Positions 1 through 13,335 of a stretch of 64,000 nt of DNA are shown here, one piece after another. A program made the position numbers and the translations under genes. Each line of letters begins with the position of its first letter. Position 1 is the stretch's first letter. The stretch is taken from positions 5,084,001-5,148,000 of the forward strand of contig JAYWIR010000001.1 in the NCBI GenBank assembly GCA_036172245.1, read 5' to 3'. Below the pieces are notes generated by a model, which saw nothing but the letters and a program-made list of their open reading frames with translations, was not told the DNA's origin and did not search any database. Source of the DNA: Raillietiella orientalis. Lineage: Eukaryota.

Positions 1-3000
1 CGGATTCCACCCCTCGGGACCCCTCACCCCTTTCCCTTTCCTTTTCGCGTCCTCACTTTCTCCCGGAGAGTGGTCCTCGTTTGCGGCGCTCCCTCCTTCA
101 GATGGCCTTCCTGAAGCTCTCCTACCCTCGGTGGACGGGCGGAGCGCAGGGCACTTCCCTTCGAGGAAGCGGACCCTCCGGCGATTACCAGGAATGGGAA
201 GAAACGAGGACGGCGCCATTTTTTGCTTCTGTTTTCGACCATAGGACGAGGGGTTCTTGTGGCGGGAGGTGGTGGAGGAGGAGGACGGGGCCGCTTCGTC
301 CTCCTCTGCTCCCCGGTTTTCTTCCCCTTTGGCTCCCCCTCCCCTTCCTACGACTCCTCTGCGGGAACGCTTCCGGGCCAGTTCCGGACCTCTAAGGCCC
401 CAACAGCACTCCGGCTGTCTCCGTCGCCGCTGGCCCGGTCGCTGTCTGCTCGCCTCCCACGAAATGACCTCGCGCCGCCCGCGATCGCGGAGGAACGTGC
501 GGTTTTCGTCCACAGCGTCTCACACTTCCGCAGCATCCCAGCTTCCGACGATCCCCGCAGATTAATCCGGTGATCCCCGCGTCCCTTCCCCGCTCCCTCA
601 CGCCGCGCGAGCAGCTAGGAAATTCGGGTCATTATGGAGAATGAGGGTGCTCGGCGAGGGGGAAGGAATGCACGCGACGCGCTTTGAGGGGACGGCTCGT
701 AAGAACGGGATCTGGCGGTGGCGGTGGCGGCCGCTGCCTGGAGATGAAAAGACCCGCGGGGAAGGAGAAGCAGAGAAAGCGTTACGAAAACGAGACAGCG
801 GAGCCGAGCGCGCGGCGCCACCATCATCCTTACTCCCAGCCCTCCTTCCGAGAGGATCCGCGCGGGGATGAGTGGTGGAGGGAGCGCTCCCTGTTTCCCA
901 AGAGACGGCAGGTCGAGAACGAGAGGGAGGTGCAGGGGGCTTCCTAGTTGCCTGCCAAACGTCGGCAGCAGTCGGCTGTCGCCGGTATCCTTGCCTCGGC
1001 CGCTGCTGCAGGAGCGCGCGTCCACGATGCTTTTTGCACGATGGGACCAATTGTGCTGCCCGCTGCGGTGACGACGAGGGGGCAAGGCACGATTCCGATG
1101 CCGCGATATGCATAGCAAGGTCCGTCGGGATGTGGTGGGGAGAGGAGAGAGAGAGCGGGAATTGCGATCCGGATTCCGCCGTTGCCGCGGATACCACCAT
1201 GCATGGCAATGGTCGATGCTGTGGTGACTAAAATCATCCTCATTACATATCGGGGTTGCCGCTGTATGCAACGATCTCCTGACCGCACGACGAGCGCAGT
1301 CATCGCTGCTGCTCCATGTTGCCCTGGGCATTTCCAAGGCTTTTCATTCCTTGGCTCAGTCTGCGTCCATAGTCACTCCGTTTTATGCTATTTTATTTTT
1401 TTCCATTGTTGCCCCTCGCACTGTTGTTCGAGACCCCGCGATTCCTCTATTGTCGCTAGTACCCATGGCGACTGCGAACTGCGGCGACTCCGGAGAGCGG
1501 GAGTTGTCAGGTTAATGCCATTGTTGTTCGCCCAACGAACGCGGTCGCCGTCTGCTTTTTCCGCCGCTGTCGTCCTCTCTGCCGCCGTTCGCCTGAGATG
1601 TCGTCGCACATCCCTGCCGAGACGCGCGTCCGTCAACTGATTGGCCAAAGGGAAAGATTGGCCGACGAGAGGAAAATCCTGCCTCTTCTGAAAAGAAGGG
1701 GGAATGGGGAAGAAATCCTTTCTCTTCCAGGAAGGGGTTTCTCCCGGAACAAGCCCAGCCTTTCCCTTGGTCTCCAGAGCAGCCGGGAGAAAATCTCCCT
1801 CCTTTCTCTCCGCCCACGGCTTCCATCCCTCACCAGTCGCCTCCTTACCCCGCGGTGTCCGAGGACCTGTGGGTGGAGGGACCTGCAGGACCAGGAGAAT
1901 CTGTCTTTTGCTCCCCTGGTGCGCGCACCACTGGAGGCACTGAATGGTCTTCGACAGTGTGTCAGCACGCGCGTGCGCGGAGGGAGCGGCTTTCGCATCC
2001 GACGCGCTGCCCGTTCGTCCTCCCCGGTAGTTGGGGCTCGAAAAGAGCCGCTCACGGGAAGGATCCTAACGAGCCTCTGCGAGCAGCTTCTCCCGACCCC
2101 CGCGAGCGCTCCGGAAATCCCCTTCCTGTCGTGCAGAGGGGTCATCCTTCCTCCCGATCCTCTTCCCACGAGGACTGGTCGTGGACACTCGACGAGGGGT
2201 GGTCGCTCTGATTGAATCCTAGATTTCGCGAGTGACGGAAACTCGACAGCGTGACCTCCCGGGGAAGTCGAGGAGAAATGGGGGTTTCCAGTCCCTTCTT
2301 AAGGGAAAGGTGGCGCGGGAGGCGCTTTCGGGAAACATGCCGATGAGGGACTCCGCAGGGCTGGAAGTTCCATGCCTTGCCCCTCTGGAGGCAGTCGGAC
2401 GGCTTGAGGAACCAGAAGCCCCAAAGCATGCCATGATGGGAGGAGGGTCCGCAGGTCGCTACAACCCGTCTCCCCTTGCGCGACCAGTGGTCGCCACCAG
2501 GGTGCGCGTGCCCCGTGGCAGAGAGGAGGAGGAGGATGGGTGCAGAGCCCTCCTGACGACTTGGACTCCCTTCCTCCCGCACGTCCGTAGGGGGCAGGAG
2601 GACCCCCGATTCCGGTGTCACTGGCCTTCTCCTCTCGGAAGTGCCGGGCTTGCCAGAAGATTCCGGACCAAGGGCTCTGCTTTAGAAGGGGATGCCTGCC
2701 TCTACAGGGGGGAATCGCCGCAGAAAGAAAGGGAAGAAGAGAGAAGGAGCGGCTCCTCCCGGAAGAGGCGACCGAGGATCAGACCTTCGGGAGGAAAAGG
2801 GGAAGAGGAAGGAAGAAAGGAGAAGGGCGGCAGAAGGATGACTGCTCTTTGCTCCTCCCGTTCTGCTCGCTCAACCCGGAAGGAGTGTTTGCTTTTGGCA
2901 CGGCGGGGTAATCCCCGAGGAGAGAGGGCCGCAATCCCCTGGGAGGTCTCGAAGCAAAACCGCGCAGAGCCCCGGGATGAAGCCTGGAAGCCCCGCCTTC

Positions 3001-5099
3001 GCGAGCTCGAGGAGAGCGCCGGGCAGATCGGCCGGGAGGAGACTCCACCACAACCCTTTCCCCGCTCCGGGTGGGGTGACCCAACGAAACGCGTTTTCCG
3101 GGACCACGTCTCCCGCGTCTCTCCGTGACCCAGATCTGGAGGAGGTCTCGCAAGTCAGGTGCCCTCGGCCCTTCAGCGCCAGAGGCTGCTCTCGGAACGC
3201 CGGGGGGAGCGCCCTCTGCCTGCCTCCCCACGTCCGAGGATTCCCAGATCCTCGCGAATATTCCCGGGAAGACAGATCGATCTCGGAGTTCCCCTCTCCG
3301 GAACGGAGCCTTCGGATGCTTTCATTGGAGCCCCCAAGGACGTCAGACTGCGGCTTTTCCCCTCGCCCCACCCCCGCGCACTCGTTAGCCTTCGTCCCCA
3401 TAAATCCCGGCAGCCCTCGACTTTCCCTGGCATCCTTTCCCTGGAGCGGGGAGACCCCTGGCTTTCGAGTCAGCCCACCTCCGCAACGACCCCGGGAAGA
3501 GTGCCGTTGTTATGAGTAGTATCACTGCTAGCGGAGCGCCAATGGACCAGAAACGGCGCGCCAGAGCTGCGACTGTGCCACGTCCCGTGTCGCACGCGAA
3601 GGGAACCTCACGGGCAGCTCACGAAGCAGCATCCGCGGCAGGGGTCAGGAGGGATCACCATAAGAGGGAAGCGAGCTCCCACACTTTCCCGGATCCGCGT
3701 GCATCCTCTATTTCTCCTGGAGCGCCCGTCCGTCGCGCCCTCTGGGCGCATCTGGCGAGAGGTCGCAGAGAGGCCTCCTCCTCTTCGTGGTGCCACGACC
3801 TAGTGGTCAGGGCCGCTGGAGCACCTCCAGGCAGAAGCACCCTTCGAGTGCCAAACTTGCCACCCTGATCTCACCCCGATGCCTAAGGCACAGGGTCACC
3901 CGCCTGCGAGTGGAGACGCTCCTGAACCCGCTCTGGATAGCATCCCCCTCTTCCGGGGACGCGCAAAGGTCGCGGAGGGCTCATCCCCAGGGAGGGCTCT
4001 TCTTTCCGTTCGAGGGTAGGGGACGGCTCCCTTCGCATCCCCGTCCGTCTCCAATGGCTCTCTGTGAGCGCCGGCCGGATCCCGTGCGCCCCGGACGGTT
4101 CGCTCCTCTCCCTGGAATCCGCAGACCCACATTTCCCCCCTTCATGTCGTGGGAAGCGTGCCCTGAAGGTACCCCAGCGCGTAGTGCCTTCAACTTCGTG
4201 TTCTGGACCACGTGCTTCGTCGAAACACCTCCACCCCCTCATCTTCGAGACATTCACTCGTCTCCTGAAGCCTTTTCTGTTTGCTCGCCTGTTTGCCTTC
4301 ATTGCTGCCCTTTGCCCGGCGCATCCGAATCATGAAGGCGCTAAAACCTGCGCTCACCTCCACATGGGTCGCGCGACCACGCGGAGACTCGTGTGGCTGG
4401 TCGCGGCAAAGAGATGTGCTTCTCGGTGCTTATCGGATTGCGTAGGAGGTGCTCTGCCGGCTGCAAAGGGCGGCACGGCAAGGGCAATCGGGAAACGCCA
4501 GATTTCACTAAGGAGAGCGTGACAACCCTGCAACCTTCCGAGGCAACCGTCCTTAATGCTGGCATGACACTCGAGAGCCGAGCTGACAGCCAGCCGTTGA
4601 GGCTGGCTGTCCTAACCTCCAGAAGTCTATTCGCCCTACAGCCGGTGGGTGGAAGGAAGGGATCGCTCACAGCTACTTGAACCTGGATCTCTTTGTTCCC
4701 ATCTCCACCGCAAGGATCTCCCAAGTCGGAAGCAGAGGGAGCGTAATACGGCGTGTTATTTGGGATTCCTCCTTCTCCTCCCTTCCTTCTTCCTCTCCTT
4801 CTCTTATCCCTTCACCTCTTCCTCCTGCTCCTCATTCCTTCCACATCCATGGAATTCTTTAGTGCAGGCGAAAGAATTGTGTTAGAATGGGCTTCCTCTC
4901 TCCTTCCTCCTTCCTTGCTACTCGTTTTCCTCTTCCCTTCTTCTTTCTGTTCCTCCTCCTCCTCTTCTTGCTCCTCCACCAGCAGTGCTGCTGCTTCTCC
5001 TAGCACCAGCAGCCGGATCTTCCCCTTCCTGAGGAAGATGAGCAGACTGGAGGGCAATCTGATAAGGGGGGAAGGAACAGCTAATTATCGGTCCAGGAC

Positions 5100-5230
5100 G
5101 GACTCCATTCGGAAAGCTCTTAAGCCTCGTCATATTGGCTCGTAGCAAACATTTTCTTTTGTGAATGGCCAGGGGTCCCGCTGCTTTGCAGCTAGCACGG
5201 CGGCACGGGAGGGCGCGGACCAAATCCTAA
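5100..5230 (+). mobile_element. Decayed RT domain-4 fragment
   Basis: TFSFVNGQGSRCFAASTAAREG (cf. VNGxxSxxFxxxxGVRQG). A similar opposite-strand fragment, ASLNGWLSARL, lies near 4560-4620. Confidence 0.4.
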
Positions 5231-6299
5231 TGTCCCCGAGCAGTGAACGGAAGGTATCCCCGAGGGATATTAGCGATTCCCCCGCCACTCGCGGACATTC
5301 TGGGAGGGCTTCTTTGTGACAGTAATTATGAAACACAAAGACAATCAACGTCTCCAATAATCCAATTTTCCTTCTGCTCACCTGATTAAGCAGTTGTGGG
5401 AGAGGAGCGCAGGGGAGGCCGGGGCAAGGGGTCGCGGTGGCATCTCTCCTGGGGAGCATGGGGGAGGGGGAAGACCTCGTGCCCGTTTCGTGGGCAGGCG
5501 GCCTTCTCGCGGGTACCCTCTCCCAGAGCGCAGCCCCCAGCCTCGTCTCCGTTCTCCGCCGCTCCTTGCAGAGGACGAGGTGAGAAGCAGCTCTTCGGCT
5601 TCGCTCCATGGCCTCTCTCCGTACGCTCTCGAAGGCAGCCGGGAAGAACAGAGAATGAAGGAAGGAGGGGGAAGCGCTGGTGGCAGCAGTACGGAAGAGA
5701 GGAGAAACGCGGAGCACGAGTCTCTGGCCCCCAGGATGGTGATGGAAACTCCTGGCAATAGCAATGGTGAGCCGTCGCGTGGGTGGTCCACGGGCGCAGA
5801 GACTCCGGAAGAGGAGGGAGATGGAGAGCATGAAGGGCGACGCGCGCTCCTCGCACCGGCCACCCGACTCTGGGAGAGTCCTGGGAGGTGGAAGGATGAA
5901 GGGAGGAAGGGGGGGAAGAATGGCCCTCCCCTTCTCTGTGCTGCGAATTCCACCTCGCAGGCTGCGCAAGAGACACCGCTGTGATTGCCTGCGTACAATT
6001 CCACTCCTACCGCGGGCGAAGGGAGACCCCAGAGGTTGGGGCAGACATCCTGATGCCTGTCATGCGTCCACCGAAACGACATCCTCCGCCGCACCATCCG
6101 GGAATTCTAAATCTCAGCAGAATTCCATCCGGGAACCTCCCGTCGAGTGGACCACAGTCAGATGTCCTTTTCCCTTGACCCCTCATTATCATCAGAACTC
6201 CAGGGTCGACCTCTCTGCCACTTCCAAGATCCTCACGCACAGAGTCAGCTCCAGCCAAGCTCGCGCCTAAAGCCCTCTGCACGCTCCTCCTCCCATTCC

Positions 6300-6750
6300 C
6301 TCCCAGTTGCTGAGGGACGGGTCGACCTCCGAAGAATGCCAGAGGACAGCTACGCTCCGCCCGCGAGGCTGGAGTCTCGGGCCACACCCATCTTCCTGGA
6401 CTGAAGACTCCTCGACCGGTTGCAACCGTTGAAAAGTCTTCAGCACCCTTCCGCGGAAGCGGGAGCCATCAGAATTCCATGGTACCGTTGCCCTACTATC
6501 CACGGAGACCGGCAGCACCTCTCGCGCAGGACCCCAGCCTAGCGTCCGGTTCATCCCACAAAGACGGTTTTTCTTACGTCAACTGGTCAACCAGGGACTT
6601 CTGGAGCGATCCCAGCGTTCCACCACAAAGACTTCCAGGGCAGGCCGACGTCACCTCGGTCCCCAATCATTCTCTTTGCCCAGAGCGAATCCGCACCCGT
6701 GGTCAGACTCTTGGACGGCCACCATCTTATCCACCAGCTGCAGCGGCTGC
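6300..6750 (+). mobile_element. Decayed non-LTR reverse transcriptase N-terminal fragment
   Basis: TLPRKREPSEFHGTVALLSTE (cf. LIPKK..RPIALLxTD) followed by PVHPTKT (cf. IHPDQxGF). Confidence 0.4.
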
Positions 6751-8510
6751 CGAGCCGTGAGCTGCCTTCCGCGCCGCCGCCGCCCTCCTGTTGCCCATAG
6801 CAACCCGCGGCACTTCTCACGTGATCCGACGAGCGCAGCTGCGTTCGGTCCATCCGGCGGCGCCCGGTTCTTCTCGCCGAGATGGGTCCTCTGGAGACGA
6901 TCGTGGGCGCGGCAGTCCGCGCTTCAACGATCGAGCAAGACAGATCGGGAATTGGGGGGGGGGGAGGGGGGATCGTTTCTGCCCCAAGGTCTCCCGTTTC
7001 CCGGGGTGGGACTTCACTTGTCCCGTCCGCTTGAAGGGGAGTGCCCGAAAGAAGGAAAACGATGCTCCCAGAGTTCCTGATCACCGGGATGTGCGGGGGG
7101 GGAGCGAGGTGCCGGCCCGGAAGCAGAATTCCTCCTTGCTCTCGAAGGTGGGGCGAGGATGAACGGGACGTGAAGTGGCCGAGAGGTTGCTCGGCTGCAG
7201 CACCCAGCAGCGCTCTCGAGTGCTGTGCGGCTGGACCACGGGACCATCCAAGCAAGACGTGGAAACCGAGCCGTGGGGAATGGAGGGTCCGTAGTGCCAC
7301 TTGAGGGAGAGTACCCACGAGGCGAGGAGATCATGGGAGAGCGCGAACCTGCAGCGAGGCGAGCCGCGCCACAGACGCACCCGAAGAGGAGCCGTGCTCT
7401 GTGGGCCCGGAACGAAGGGTCGAGCGCCGGAGATTCTCGGAAAGGTCAGCGAGGAACAGCGGTGGCGGAAGCTTCCGGTGCGGCGAATTCCGTTCTCGTG
7501 GGAGGAGATACACGGAGCCGCGGGAGCAGGAAAAGGGTGGAGCGAGAAATGCAAAAATCTCGGCTTCCGGAAGGACGGTCCTCGAGACCGCTGCTGCTGA
7601 TGAAACTGAAAGATAAGGCGGAAAATTCGATTTTGGAGATTCTGAGGGAGGAGGGGAGGAGGTGATTCTGTTTGCGAATCACCGACTGACATTTTTTTTC
7701 GCGCTTCATTAGCCCATCCTGGGCAACGCCGCCTCACGGCGAAAATCCGCTCCAAGCTTCGCGGTGCTGCTCTTCGAGAGCGAGAAGTCATGACAATGCA
7801 CAAGTACCTAGCATACCTCCTTTTTTTTTCTTTTTTTCCCTCGCCTATCCTCTTACCCTCCCCCTTCATCCTCTCTCCTCTCTCTGTTTTCCTCATTCCT
7901 CCGAGGTGCTTCGCGGAAGCCGGAGATTTGCCGAACACCGAAAGAATATTAAAAGAGGGAGATGCATTCCGCGTGCGACGCTCTCGTGCAACTCTGCTCG
8001 CGGAATCACAGGAAAATGAATTTATCACAATTAACTCATCGAACATGATTTGGGGGAGGGAGAAGTGTAAACGGAGGGCTCAGGGATGCACCCTATTTCG
8101 AAATTCAAATCTGTGCTGACAGGAGATGCAGACGGAATGAATGCTAATTTCATTACGGCTAACACAATGGAGTTTCCGTCTCCGCCTCCGGGCTACATCT
8201 GAGTCTTCTGGAGGCAGGGACTGGCGCAGGTTCATCTTCTGGAGATGAAAATCCAAGGATCATCAATCCTTGTTTCCAGTGAGAGGCATCCCTCTCGTCG
8301 AGAACCTGCGTTTTTGACGCACTGTCACCCCTAGTCACAACCTCAACTCCTGACCAAGTCGAGGGCTGCGGGACTGCTGGAGGAAGGTTGCGCAAAGGAG
8401 GATCGAGTGCCTCCCTGGGAGTCTGCAGAGAGGTGCTGTCTCGACTCGATCGTCGTTCAGAATTCTTTCTCAGTATCCAATGGTTACACCCACCCTTCTG
8501 ATTCGCCCAC

Positions 8511-8615
8511 CTTTCCATTCTCAGCATCATCCACTCGCCTTTCCATTCTCATCTTCGTCCATTCACCTTTCTCCTCTGATCATCATCCACCTACCTTTCC
8601 ATTCTCATCATCGAC
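8511..8615. repeat. 28-bp minisatellite, ~3.7 copies
   Basis: Units begin at 8511, 8539, 8567 and 8595; unit 1 is CTTTCCATTCTCAGCATCATCCACTCGC. Confidence 0.85.
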
Positions 8616-10999
8616 TGGCTCCATAGGTCACTGCACATGCGCTTCATCTACCCATCTGTTTTGGTGCTCAGCATCGCCACTCCCGAGCCTCTGGAAGAGG
8701 AGAGGATGAAGCATTGGAACTGTGAAGTGATCCCCCCAATACTCGGTATGCCCCACTTTTCGTTCCCGCCGACCACCGTGATTCTGATGAAACCACTGAT
8801 GTATCCAAGAAGCGTGCTTCAGCCTGCTTGCAGGGGAAGAAGCGTTGCATGTTCCACTCTCTGTCTCCGCAGTGGTTTCTTTGCCGCGAGAATCACGGGA
8901 GCCTGCATACACAGAGGTCCGGTCGCACCTCTGCTCCCAGCTTTCTTCTCGGGCGTTTTCGAACGCCTCCTCCTGTTTTTCGAAGCGGGTGGGAAGGAGC
9001 AGAAAAAGGACCGAGCCCCCCGCAGGGACTGTCTGGACTCAGGAAGCCGTCCCCCAGGATCGGTTCCGCGCGCTCTTCCTTCACGGGCCACGCCTCCGTT
9101 GTGCCCTCAGCGAGCATCCTCGTCTCGAGCAGGGGGTGGTCCCAGGTCACTCTGGCAGGGGTATTGCAGCTCTGGGCTGAGTCCAAACCGCGGTCACCAC
9201 ACCTCCGCGTAGCGCCTGCGCGCGACATTTTTCCGTCCCCACGCCTCCGAGTGGACATTTGCAGGATGGCGTCAGATCATTCCAAGTTGTTGCTCTTCAA
9301 GACCTGGACTCAACCCCGGAGTCCATTTCGAGCATCACCTCTCCCCACAATGGACAGGAGGATATTCCTCCCTGGGGGAGAGCTTTTAGCGAAAGAAGGG
9401 ACTCTCTGATTTCCAAAGACGTCATCAGTGAGTCAGTGGAAGAACAGTGTAGGAGTGCTCCGCTTCAGACACGCTGATACCCTCGATGACCTCTCAACTC
9501 TTTCCCGCGCTTTAGGGCGGCGAGCTGGAGGATCGCCAGAAACTAGGGCGTGGCCCGCAGTTCCTCGAGGAAGAACTCTTTTCGCTCCGTGCTCGGGCAC
9601 GAAATCACCCCTCGCGTCCGGCCTTCCGAGCGCACCGGGACCCGGAAGTCCCCGGAGAACCGCCCGCCTAACGGATCCCGGGACTGCCACTCCGTCCCGA
9701 AACCATGGTTACCTGGTTTCCGACAATGGTAGCACGGATAGAGAAAGAGAGGAGTTGCCCTTTTCCCTCCGAAGAGCGTGTCCGATCGAGCACCTTCCGC
9801 AAGGAGGAGCTTCATCTTCCTCGTTCCAGGGCGTTCCCTTTACAGCTTCCCCAGCGGGACCGACCCCGCGTTCACGAGTCAGCTCCCTCTCGGTCCGACG
9901 CCCAACTGAGACGGAGAAGCAGGGAGGAACCTCCGGGCTGGGGAAAACGGGAGACTCCTCTCGATGAGATGGTGCTCCTCGGGCCGGCTCTCGAAGGTGC
10001 TCGCGGAGGCGGCGACGAGGGCTGCAGAACGCCGTCACCAGTAGCGCTGCCCGCGCCAATTCCCCCAAGGCTCGGAGGCCTTCCCGCTTCCCGAGGAACG
10101 CGCGGGCAAGCCTCCGTTGGAAATAAATAACTCCTCCGCTTCTCCGGATTAGCGGAATGAGATCGGGGACACTTTTAATTGCGAGTGGGATGCCGTCGCA
10201 ATCGATGCGTGAAAATATGAGGAGGCGAGGAGGAGACGGAGCGAGGCGAGACCGCGACCGCGCGCACACCACCGCGCGCGAGGAGGGCACGGCGGCAGCG
10301 GGATGACGGATGGAGGAGAGCCGCGGCAAGCGCAGCCGCTGACGACGGAGCGGTCCGCGAGCGAGGAAGGCGGCAGAGCATAGAGGTGGTGCCCGGGAGG
10401 TAGCCTCTCTTGAGCCCCTCCCCCTGCTCCACGGTCGTGTCCCCCGCAGGATGGGAGACGCAGAACCGCCCTCCCGCAGGAGGACACAACCAGCTTTTTT
10501 GCAGGCTCGGTTGTTGCCGCCGACCAGTGCTGCTGCGCGCGGCAGCCTCCACGATGTCACTGCAGAGACTGCTGAGCACCTAGTCTCTTCCCTCTCTCCC
10601 TATCCCCTTCTTCAAGGAAAAGAGGTGGAGGAGGAGAAGGAGGAAGAAGAGAAACGATGAAGGAAGGAAAGAAGAGGAAGGAAGGAAAGACGAAGGAGGA
10701 AGAGGAGGAAGAGGAAGGGTAGAAAAGGAAAGGAGGACTATCATCTGAGCCGTTTTGTCGTCTCCACGAGCACTGTCTTCACGGTTGTCTTCTCGATCAC
10801 CATCATCACCCCCATCGTCATCATTCTCGCCCTACAAGCATAGTCATCGTCATGGTATCGTCATGGTATTTGTCGTTATCGTCGTCGTCGTCATTATCGA
10901 TTATCGTCTTTTCCGTCATGACCGTCATCATCTTTGAGCAGCTCCGTCGCCATCCTCATCGTCGGCACCTCCTCCGTCTCTGTCCTGACCGCCACATCG

Positions 11000-11460
11000 C
11001 CACGGTTACCGGCATCGTGAGGACCGACATTTCATCCCCAATGACCGTTCGGGACGCATCTGCTCGTTGCCAGGGCGACGCGCTCGGTACGGTCGTTGGA
11101 GGGAGCGTCGTTTCGTGCAAGACGGTTTGTTCCAGGATGTAAAACAGTTCTGGACCCGTTGCTCATCCGCTGTTACGAGCGACTTGAGTCTCCCGTCCCA
11201 TCGGGAATAGGGGGAACCCTCATTACGTTCGTTCCCGGAACGGGGAGATCGCTCCGTCTCAGACTCCCCCGCTCGGGAGCCCGGAATTAGCTGCAAGAGG
11301 TGAGGAAGGAAAGCACGCATGTCCCTCGGAGGAATTTTGGCTCCGAGATCCGGGGGAAGACGGGAAAGAGAACAGAAGCGCGCCCGATCGAAGAGGGGGA
11401 ACAGGGGGCGGCCAACTCGGGACTGCGGATCCAACTCGGAGGGTGCGGCGCCGGCGCGCA
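11000..11460 (+). mobile_element. Decayed non-LTR reverse transcriptase fragment (domains 2-4)
   Basis: Ordered degenerate motifs: ALGTVVG, FVPGCKTVLDPLLIR (cf. GFVPGRxIxDN) and RPIEEGEQGAANSGL (cf. RGVRQGxPLS). Confidence 0.5.
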
Positions 11461-13199
11461 TCTCCTAGCCCTCCGCCTCGCACCTCCCCCAGAAGAAACT
11501 CAGCTCGTTGTCCCTCGCTCACTCTGATCCGCGCAGTACCGACCGATCCTCCCCCTCTAAGAACAGACGCCGCGGATTTTCAGGAAGAATCCCGGACTCT
11601 ACCCCTCTTCCATCCCGCAGGACGAAATCTCCCGCCAGCAGCTGCCCGCGCTGCATCCGCGGAGCTGCGGTTTTGCAAGTGTCCCCTGGCAGAAGAGCAC
11701 TGTTCGGCGGAAAGATTCTTTGGTTTGGGAGAGGAGGAAAAGTAGGAGGACAGGACAAAGAGAGGTGGAAGGGGGCAAAAGGAGTAGGAGAAGGAAGGAA
11801 AGAGGTGGAAGAAGGAGGAAGAAAGGAAAGAGGAAGAAGTGGAGGACGGAAATACAAAGGGAGGAAGGGAATAGGAGGGAGTGGATATATCGTCCAGGTG
11901 AACTCCGAAGCGCGAGCCCTGGTGGTACGGTAAAGAAGAGTAAAGAGAATGAGAAGGGGAGAGGGATGATGGTCCTGACCCGTGAAACCTTTCCCATCGG
12001 AAACGTGGACGGCGAAGGAGACGGTGGAGATTGCCTTCAGAAGGAATGGAGTCTCCACCGAACCCTTTTCCACCCGCCTCTTCCCCCGTTCGGGAGCTTC
12101 TCCACAGTCCGACAAGGGGGCGCTGGGGGCATCCAGTTTCCCGTCCGCCGAGATCCAGTGCTAATTGGTCCCACTGAAAGTATCGGATGCTCCCCAGTTG
12201 CCGCAGGGTCAGTGGGCTATCGTGCGGAACCGAGCCATGTGACACTCCTCACACTCCTCCTCGGGATGACATATCGTCTGCAGCATCAGCTTCTCTTGTC
12301 ACCGGCCCTCCGAGGTAAGCTGGAGCGTCGCTGGGCTACTTGGGTGCCCTCCGCTCTGCAAGGACGAACAGCGGGAGCCATCCTCCCTGGCCCCCCTCCC
12401 ACAGACTGAGGAGCACGTCGACCCTTCCGAAAGGTGGACTGAGTGGCGAGGCTCCACACCAAGGGTCCGAAACCCGGCGGCAGAGCCGAACCAAAACTCC
12501 ACACGCCGAGTGCGCGCGTGCCTCAGAGCGCGCCACTAGCATAACGAGAACATCCAGAAGTCATTCATTCCTCTCCCTTTGCTTCCCTTTGGCACAGCTG
12601 GTGGCACAGGGATTCACAGAACTCACCTTGCCGACAGCAACAAAAACGAGGTGTGCCAAGGAAGAGAACACCCCACTCGGACTCTGGAAAGGTTCCTCTA
12701 ACTTCTCATCCCTTCCTCCTTCGTTCCTTCTCTTTTCCTCCTCTTCCGTTCCTTCTTTTCTCATCCACTTCCCCGAGCGGGATACCTCAGCAGGGAAGCC
12801 AAACGGAAGAAGCGGGCAAACGCAAAGAGATGAAGCGCCTACCGTGGCCGGCTTCAAACGGACGTCAAGCCCGTACCCTCGGGACGGACAGAGCCCGGGC
12901 GCCGAGGGACGGAAGGAGAGGCAGGTGGTAGAGAGAAAGGGAACTTCTGCAGTAAGGGAAGTAGCATCTCTCCCGAAGTCGCATAGAAAGGAATCGCGTG
13001 CGTGCTAAGACAAGCACCAGACAAACCGCTGGAGGTCCGGAGGAGTGGCGGACGAACAGCGACGACCCCTCATCCGATGGGAGGAGGGACTTTCCTTAGG
13101 GAGAGTGCCTGAAGCATGGATGCGCCTTCATGCTGCCCTCGCTTCAGGTCACCACCTCGTCAGACCCTTCCGATGTCCGCGCGTTCGGATCTGCTGCGC

Positions 13200-13335
13200 G
13201 CTCTTCCAAGTTAACTCTTCGAGACCGTGGCCGGACGCTGGGAGCCGCCATCGTCGCCCTGTATGCCCTGCCCTCCGGCTGCCTACGTGCCGTTGCCGTA
13301 GTGACTCTCCTCTTTGCCTGGCGGGCGAGCAGCGC
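13200..13335 (+). mobile_element. Possible decayed APE endonuclease fragment
   Basis: GRTLGAAIVALYALP (cf. VxVYAP), then PLCLAGE in another frame (cf. LILAGDFN). Confidence 0.3.

Noticed and set aside
9400..9435. Hammerhead-like CUGAUGA...GAAA on the minus strand (similar partial cores near 19660 and 28075)
   Set aside because: Stems II/III do not form, or GAAA is missing.
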